Source of the DNA: Myxococcota bacterium
GTDB taxonomy: Bacteria; Myxococcota_A; SURF-8
Length of the DNA stretch: 64,000 bases
NCBI GenBank assembly: GCA_963674735.2
Contig: CAXXQS010000001.1
Coordinates: 1,088,001-1,152,000 of the forward strand
Direction of reading: 5' to 3'
The translations under genes were made by a program, and so were the position numbers. This document shows, piece after piece, positions 58,076 to 64,000 of the stretch (position 1 is the first letter of the stretch; the number at the start of each line of letters is the position of its first letter). Under the pieces are notes generated by a model, which was not told the origin of the DNA, searched no databases, and saw only the letters and a program-made list of their open reading frames with translations.

Positions 58076-58103
58076 AAAACCCCGGCTTTCACCGGGGCTT
58101 TTT
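58075..58103. terminator. Bidirectional terminator
   Basis: AAAAACCCCGG-ctttca-CCGGGGCTTTTT. Confidence 0.75.
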
Positions 58104-58122
58104 GTATTAATCCATAAGGATC

Positions 58123-59598
58123 TTATAAGATGTAGCGGCTCAGGTCTTCGCTTTGCAGAACATCGGAGAGACGCTGGTCCACGTACTCTGGCGTTACTAC
58201 GATACTGGTGGGGCCGATGTCCGGACCTTCGAACAGGACTTCGTCCAAAAGGCGTTCCATGACTGTATGGAGTCGGCGTGCGCCGATATCTTCCGCCGAA
58301 TTGTTCACTTGGGCGGAGATGGCCGCGATGCGTTGAATGGCAGGTTCGGTGAATTCAATCGTGATTTCTTCCGCATCGAGCATCGCCATATATTGGCGTG
58401 TCAGTGAATTCTCGGGCTCGGTCAAGATGCGCACGAAATCGCCCTGGGTGAGTGAATCCAACTCAACGCGGATCGGGAAGCGGCCTTGAAGCTCGGGAAT
58501 CAGATCGCTGGGTTTGGAGATATGGAAAGCGCCTGCGGCGATAAAAAGGATATGATCGGTTTTGACCGGCCCGTATTTCGTGGCGACGGTGCTTCCTTCG
58601 ACGATGGGCAGGATGTCGCGTTGCACGCCTTCGCGTGAAACATCCGGTCCATGTCCTCCTTCGCGTCCGGCGATTTTATCGATTTCGTCCAGAAAGACGA
58701 TTCCGGCGTTTTCGACTCGGTCGAGCGCCTCTTTCTGCACTTTTTCCTGATCGATCAGCTTGGCCGCCTCTTCATGCGTCAGCAGTTCCATCGCGTCCTT
58801 TACCAGCATCTGACGCTTGCGTTTCTTATTCGGCATCATGCCGCTCATCATGTCTTTCAGATGCATGCTGATTTCTTCCATGCCGCTGGCGCTGAAAACC
58901 TCGAACATGGGCATGGGGGAATTCTGTTGGGTTTCAAGTTCAACCTTACGCTCATCCAGCTCGCCGCGTCGCAGCTTGTCGCGGAATTTTTCCCGCGTGC
59001 GCTTATGCGACTCCATCTCGGTTTGATATCGCTCTTCGTTGGTCTTCTTCTGCTCTTTTTCCAGGCGCTTGGTCTCATCGTCCGAAGAGTCCGTATCCAG
59101 TGCGTCGAAATTGAAAAGCTGGGCGGCGCTGTTGGAAGAAGATGACTGGGGCTTGGGCGGAGGCGGCACCAGGAGGTCGAGCAGACGTTCTTCGGCGTTT
59201 CGTTTAGCTTTGGATGCCACGCGTTCCTCTTCTTCGCGGCGCAACATTTGAATCGAATTCTCCATCAAGTCGCGCACCATCGAGTCGACATCGCGTCCGA
59301 CATACCCGACTTCGGTGAACTTGGAGGCTTCCACCTTGATGAAGGGAGCCTGCGCCAGCTTGGCCAGACGGCGCGCGATTTCCGTTTTACCGACGCCGGT
59401 TGAGCCGATCATAATGATGTTTTTCGGCACGATTTCGTCGCGCAGATCTTCGACCACCTGACGGCGACGCCAACGGTTACGTAAAGCGATGGCCACGGCT
59501 CGCTTGGCTTTCGATTGGCCGATGATGAATTTATCGAGCTCGGCCACGATCTGGCGTGGTGTCAGCGCATCGGGGGCCTGGGGTTTGGCGGGAATCAT
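58123..59598 (-). CDS. hslU: ATP-dependent protease ATPase subunit
   Basis: [44 protein letters not shown]. Confidence 0.97.
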   Translation of the reverse strand: MIPAKPQAPDALTPRQIVAELDKFIIGQSKAKRAVAIALRNRWRRRQVVEDLRDEIVPKNIIMIGSTGVGKTEIARRLAKLAQAPFIKVEASKFTEVGYVGRDVDSMVRDLMENSIQMLRREEEERVASKAKRNAEERLLDLLVPPPPKPQSSSSNSAAQLFNFDALDTDSSDDETKRLEKEQKKTNEERYQTEMESHKRTREKFRDKLRRGELDERKVELETQQNSPMPMFEVFSASGMEEISMHLKDMMSGMMPNKKRKRQMLVKDAMELLTHEEAAKLIDQEKVQKEALDRVENAGIVFLDEIDKIAGREGGHGPDVSREGVQRDILPIVEGSTVATKYGPVKTDHILFIAAGAFHISKPSDLIPELQGRFPIRVELDSLTQGDFVRILTEPENSLTRQYMAMLDAEEITIEFTEPAIQRIAAISAQVNNSAEDIGARRLHTVMERLLDEVLFEGPDIGPTSIVVTPEYVDQRLSDVLQSEDLSRYIL

Positions 59599-59599
59599 G

Positions 59600-60127
59600 T
59601 TACAGCTCCTCAATATGCAGTTCGCCGTTGGTGTAAACACAGATATCGGCGGCGATTTTCATGGATTCTTTGGCGATGGTGACGGCGTCGAGTTGGCTAT
59701 GCTCGGAAAGCGCACGCGCTGCGGCGTAAGCGTACGAACCACCCGAACCGATGGCGATCACACCCGTGTCCGGCTCGACGACGTCTCCCGTGCCGGAAAT
59801 CATCAACGTTTTCTCGACATTTGCGACCAAAAGCAAAGCTTCCAGGCGGCGCAGATATTTGTCGGTGCGCCAATCCTTGGCCAGCTCGACGGCGGCTCGG
59901 GTAATGTTACTGTTATACTCCTTGAGCTTCTTTTCAAAGCGCTCATAAAGTGTGAAGGCGTCGGCTGTGGAACCGGCGAAGCCCGTAATCACATTGTGAT
60001 CGGGCAGGCGGCGTACTTTAATAGCGGTGTGCTTCAGCACGGTGCTTCCCATGCTGACTTGACCATCCCCGGCCATGACCACCTTGTCATCCTTGCGGAC
60101 GCAGAGTATCGTGGTGCCTTCGAACAT
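59600..60127 (-). CDS. hslV: ATP-dependent protease peptidase subunit
   Basis: [35 protein letters not shown]. Confidence 0.96.
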   Translation of the reverse strand: MFEGTTILCVRKDDKVVMAGDGQVSMGSTVLKHTAIKVRRLPDHNVITGFAGSTADAFTLYERFEKKLKEYNSNITRAAVELAKDWRTDKYLRRLEALLLVANVEKTLMISGTGDVVEPDTGVIAIGSGGSYAYAAARALSEHSQLDAVTIAKESMKIAADICVYTNGELHIEEL

Positions 60128-60144
60128 AACTTCCATCCTTTCGT

Positions 60145-61089
60145 CTATTCGCCGTTGTCGTTTGACTGAACTCGGCGTTTTCGCGCGCGCGGGTGCGCAC
60201 GGTCGTAAACGGAAACCAAGTGGTCGAGACTGACTTGAGCATATCGCTGGGTCGTGCTGAGAGAGCGATGTCCAAGCAATTCCTGAATCGTGCGCAGGTC
60301 TGCGCCGCCATCCAGCAGGTGAGTGGCGAAGGTATGGCGCAGAGTGTGCGGGCTGGCACGTCGGCCGCTGCCAAGGCCTAGAAGAGTTCGATCGATGATT
60401 TGGGCGACACCGCGCCGGGTAAGTCTGCCTCCGCGATGATTGACAATCAGTGCGTCGGGGTCGGCCCATTTCGGATAGCGTTTTTGAAGCTCCTCTCGCC
60501 ATGGCAGGTAGGCGGCCAGTGCTTTGAGTGCCGGGTCGGATACCGGTACGACCCGCTCACGACTCCCTTTCCCCCAAACCCGTACTTCGCGGCGTTCGGT
60601 GGAAATACCATCCACGTCGAGACCCACCAATTCGGAGACTCGCAACCCGCAGGCGTACAGCATTTCCCACAAAAGACGGTCACGCGGACCGAGTGAAGAT
60701 TCCGAGAAATTACGGTGCAGAATCTCGGTCATTTCGTCGATGCTGAACAAGTCCGGTAGCTTTCGTGCCTTTCGGGGAAGACTTAAGGCATCCGCCGGAT
60801 TGTGCTGAATATGTTTCATGCGTAGACAGAAACGAAAAAAGCTGCGCAAGGCCGAGATTTTTCGCTCCAGACTGGTCGGCGACAGCCTGTCGTAAAGATC
60901 GGCCAGAAACTCGCGCAGAATGCTTTCGTCGATGCGATCCAATTGCTTGGCGTCCGCCAGTGCGGGGAACCGAGCATCCAGAAAAGTCGCGAATTGCTGT
61001 AAGTCGCGAAAATAGGCCTGACAGGTGTTGTCGGCGGCTCCTCGTTCGCCATCCAGATAGCGGATATAGCTGTCAATGAGGGTATTCAT
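60145..61089 (-). CDS. xerC: Tyrosine recombinase XerC
   Basis: [33 protein letters not shown]; xerC-hslVU synteny. Confidence 0.9.
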   Translation of the reverse strand: MNTLIDSYIRYLDGERGAADNTCQAYFRDLQQFATFLDARFPALADAKQLDRIDESILREFLADLYDRLSPTSLERKISALRSFFRFCLRMKHIQHNPADALSLPRKARKLPDLFSIDEMTEILHRNFSESSLGPRDRLLWEMLYACGLRVSELVGLDVDGISTERREVRVWGKGSRERVVPVSDPALKALAAYLPWREELQKRYPKWADPDALIVNHRGGRLTRRGVAQIIDRTLLGLGSGRRASPHTLRHTFATHLLDGGADLRTIQELLGHRSLSTTQRYAQVSLDHLVSVYDRAHPRARKRRVQSNDNGE

Positions 61090-61096
61090 CGGTCAT

Positions 61097-62215
61097 TCAA
61101 CCTGCGCTCGAAGGCATGTTGAATTCGGTCGAGGCAATCCAGCCGCCGCCGAGGGCTTCATCATCCACGTAAAAGACGGCTGCCTGACCGGGCGTAATCG
61201 CCGATTGAGGTTGTTCGAAGGTCACGCTTACGGGGTCTCCCGGTTTGATCGATTCACCGTCAAGACTGCAAAGGGTTGCTTGAGCCCCGGCGTGGCGTGA
61301 TCGAATCTGGCAGGTTACCTGAAGGTTGTTTGCCAATGCCTGATGATCGATGAAGCTCAGGTTTTCGACGATCATTTCCGACCGATAAAGGGCGGCTTCG
61401 GGGCCGAGTACGACTTGGTTCCGAGTTGCATCGAGTCCGACGACGTACAACCGGTCGGTAGAGGCCACCCCCAAGCCGCGTCTCTGGCCGATGGTATGGC
61501 GAAAATAGCCTTCGTGATGTCCCAGAACGTTGCCTTTCAGATCGATAATTTCACCGTGAGAGACATGGCGCAACTGCGAGGTCCGGGCGATGAAGTCGGC
61601 ATAGGAACCGTCTTGGATGAAACAAACATCCTGGCTGTCTCGCTTGGAAGCATTATGGAAACCATAGCGATCGGCCAGCTCGCGCACCGTTTCTTTGGTC
61701 ATCTCACCCAGAGGAAAGCGAAGATTCGCCACCGCCGGTTTTGTGATTCCAAACAAAAAGTAAGACTGGTCTTTGGGTCTGTCAACTCCTCGACGCAAAC
61801 AAAAACGTCCAAGTGTCTCGTCGAATCCGATACGCGCGTAATGACCGGTTGCCAGAATATCGGCTCCGAGAGCTTGGGCCTTCTGGAATAGATGTCCGAA
61901 TTTGATTCGCCGGTTACACAAAACACAGGGATTCGGCGTTCGTCCGTGGGCATATTCGGCGGTAAAAGGGTCAAGCACCTCTTTCCTGAATATCTCTTTA
62001 AAATCGACGACATGGAGCTGAATCCCAAGTGTATCGCACACTTGTTGAGCGTCTTTGGCCGGAGTTGGCGTGTTTTTAGCGGGCGAGCAAGTCTCCGCCG
62101 ATTTGAACTCGCCGATGTCCATGGTTAAACCGAAGACATCGTAACCTTGTTCCAGCATTAAGGCGGCTGTGACCGAACTATCTACGCCACCGCTCATCGC
62201 GACTGCTGCTCGCAT
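61097..62215 (-). CDS. mnmA: tRNA 2-thiouridylase
   Basis: AMSGGVDSS, TPNPCVLCN, ATGHY, KDQSYFL, DSQDVCF, TIGQRRGLG, TPGQAAVFY. Confidence 0.97.
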   Translation of the reverse strand: MRAAVAMSGGVDSSVTAALMLEQGYDVFGLTMDIGEFKSAETCSPAKNTPTPAKDAQQVCDTLGIQLHVVDFKEIFRKEVLDPFTAEYAHGRTPNPCVLCNRRIKFGHLFQKAQALGADILATGHYARIGFDETLGRFCLRRGVDRPKDQSYFLFGITKPAVANLRFPLGEMTKETVRELADRYGFHNASKRDSQDVCFIQDGSYADFIARTSQLRHVSHGEIIDLKGNVLGHHEGYFRHTIGQRRGLGVASTDRLYVVGLDATRNQVVLGPEAALYRSEMIVENLSFIDHQALANNLQVTCQIRSRHAGAQATLCSLDGESIKPGDPVSVTFEQPQSAITPGQAAVFYVDDEALGGGWIASTEFNMPSSAG

Positions 62216-62516
62216 GACCGTCCTTTCGAATCTGAGTCTCTATTCGTCGGGCCCATTATCGAGATGTGCTTGAAGGCTGTCAAGGTGATCGTTTTTTTAA
62301 AGTAAAGGGTGAGGGAAAGGAAAAATGTGCAATTATAAGAAGCTCTGGGCTGTCTTATTCAGGTCTTCGGATTGTTCAATCGCTCTTTGCTGAGAAAAAA
62401 GCGCCTTATAAACACTTGTCGCACCTGTCAAACTTTAGTAAACTGTTTTGTTAGCATACGGGGACGGCGGGTGCTTAACGTGACATGTTTAACTATGGAT
62501 TGGCAAGGTTGCAGAC

Positions 62517-64000
62517 ATGACTCGAGTTATCGCTATCAGTTTGTTCGTATTGATGTTCTTTCCCTTCATTCAACTTTCCTCAGCTTCTGCGGAAACGTCT
62601 TCTGTTGCCGACTCGCCGGTTCCGGTTCAGGATGTTGCGGTCGCCTTGACAGCGGACAAACCCTATCCGGTTTGGTGGGGTGAACGGATGGTCGATAAAT
62701 ACAAGGCTGTTAAACCCGAATTCAAAATCTGGCACGGAACCACCAGCCCCCAAACCGTGTCGTTGAGCACCGGCCAGCGCAATGCGGTGGTTTCGCTGAT
62801 GATGCAATCCTGGGGCGGGTATCAATCCTTTTGCACCGGTACGTTGATCAGTGATCGGGTTGTGGTCTCGGCGGCGCACTGCGTACACCAATGCGACGAT
62901 TACGGGAATAATTGTCAGGATATTTCGGCGAGTTACACCGCCATCGGAGTGGGTGACGATCTTAGCAGCGCAACAGCGGTCTTGGGTGTTTCGAATATTT
63001 ACTACAATCCATCCTACACCGGCGACTTGACCATAACCACCGCCTATCACGATGTTTCGATTCTGGTTCTCAGCCAATCCGCCTCCGCGCAAGTCAGCAC
63101 CCTCACACCGATTCCTTTCAACCGGGATCCGATTTCGAGTTCGTTTGTCAATACCGACGTTCAGGCCGGTGGGTACGGAATAACCGAAAGTACCAACTAC
63201 AATACCCGGAAATACTGGGCCACGCTGGGCCTCAGCGCGATCCGAGCCTATGAAATCGTTGCGGCCGATTCGGCGGGCGTGCAAGGCGTCTGTTCGGGCG
63301 ATTCCGGCGGTCCGCTCATGGCCGATTTCGGGGCGGGATTGACGGTGTTTGCGACGACGAGTTGGGGGACGGAAGACTGCACGGAACCGGCTCATTTCTG
63401 TCGCCTGGACCCGAAATCCGATTGGATTGAAGCGATTCTAAGCCAGACCAACGATTGCAGCTCGGCTTGCAGCGGCCAGCAGTGTGGATACGACGGCAGC
63501 TGCCACTGCGGTAGCTGCGGATCGGGTGATCTTTGCAACAGTCAGCATCAATGCGTTCCCGATCCCGACAATCATTGCGGGTCGGTGCCGGAAATCGGGT
63601 GCTGCGACGGCTCGATGGCTATGAAATGCGTATCTGGTCAGTTGGTTGAAGACGAATGCGGCGACTTGGGGTGTGGCTGGAAGAACCAATATAGTGGCTA
63701 TGCTTGCGGAAATGCCGGGAAGGTGGATCCGGACGGCAATTACTCTTGGGGTTGCGATGGTTCGGAACCAAGCTGCGATATTATCTGTCATGATCGGCAA
63801 TGTGGAGACTATGAAGGCTGCAATTGCGGAGAGTGTCTCCATGGATTGGTTTGCGAAGACAATTACTGCGAGATTCCGCCATCTTGTAGAGAAGTTTGCG
63901 GGAGTCGTCGAGAATGCGGCGAATATGAAAATTGTGTTTGTGGCCAGTGTGACGATGATGAAATGTGTCAGGAATTCCGTTGCGTGGATGACCCCAGCGC
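62517..64000 (+). CDS. Secreted S1 (trypsin-like) serine protease with Cys-rich repeats (3' truncated)
   Basis: Hand translation, not in ORF track. Signal MTRVIAISLFVLMFFPFIQLSSASA; FCTGTLI, SAAHC, HDVSIL, CSGDSGGP; then Cys-rich repeats; open to the window end. Confidence 0.9.
   Translation, partial: MTRVIAISLFVLMFFPFIQLSSASAETSSVADSPVPVQDVAVALTADKPYPVWWGERMVDKYKAVKPEFKIWHGTTSPQTVSLSTGQRNAVVSLMMQSWGGYQSFCTGTLISDRVVVSAAHCVHQCDDYGNNCQDISASYTAIGVGDDLSSATAVLGVSNIYYNPSYTGDLTITTAYHDVSILVLSQSASAQVSTLTPIPFNRDPISSSFVNTDVQAGGYGITESTNYNTRKYWATLGLSAIRAYEIVAADSAGVQGVCSGDSGGPLMADFGAGLTVFATTSWGTEDCTEPAHFCRLDPKSDWIEAILSQTNDCSSACSGQQCGYDGSCHCGSCGSGDLCNSQHQCVPDPDNHCGSVPEIGCCDGSMAMKCVSGQLVEDECGDLGCGWKNQYSGYACGNAGKVDPDGNYSWGCDGSEPSCDIICHDRQCGDYEGCNCGECLHGLVCEDNYCEIPPSCREVCGSRRECGEYENCVCGQCDDDEMCQEFRCVDDPS

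Noticed and set aside
60145-61089. Tyrosine recombinase as a sign of a mobile element
   Set aside because: Length, motifs and mnmA-xerC-hslVU context indicate housekeeping XerC; no att sites or cargo.

Overview
A 64-kb stretch of core bacterial chromosome, moderately GC-rich with AT-rich intergenic gaps. Gene content suggests a deltaproteobacterium of the Myxococcota or a related lineage (inference from Cys-rich secreted proteins, a MYXO-CTERM-like tail and acidic lipoproteins). About 50 CDS are present. Housekeeping genes: rlmD, fusA paralog, metK, mutL-miaA, proS-pyrF-rlmB, phoBR, pyrE, mnmA-xerC-hslVU and tRNA-Pro(UGG). These are interleaved with many secreted or lipoprotein hydrolases. 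No prophage, transposase, CRISPR array or rRNA was seen. Most notable: (1) a poly-gamma-glutamate operon pgsB-pgsC-pgsW, extended by an uncharacterised membrane-anchored Cys-rich/Ig/alpha-beta-hydrolase, a possible 48-aa membrane peptide and MscS; (2) a recurring 'DGD' acidic tether beside the anchoring Cys of six unrelated envelope proteins; (3) several degenerate enzymes (ApbE, the ComEC nuclease domain, an AhpD-like protein); (4) genes missing from the ORF track (two edge-truncated genes and a 58-aa orphan with its own promoter and terminator); (5) a frameshift near the end of pyrE. All calls come from motif recognition by eye; no searches were run.
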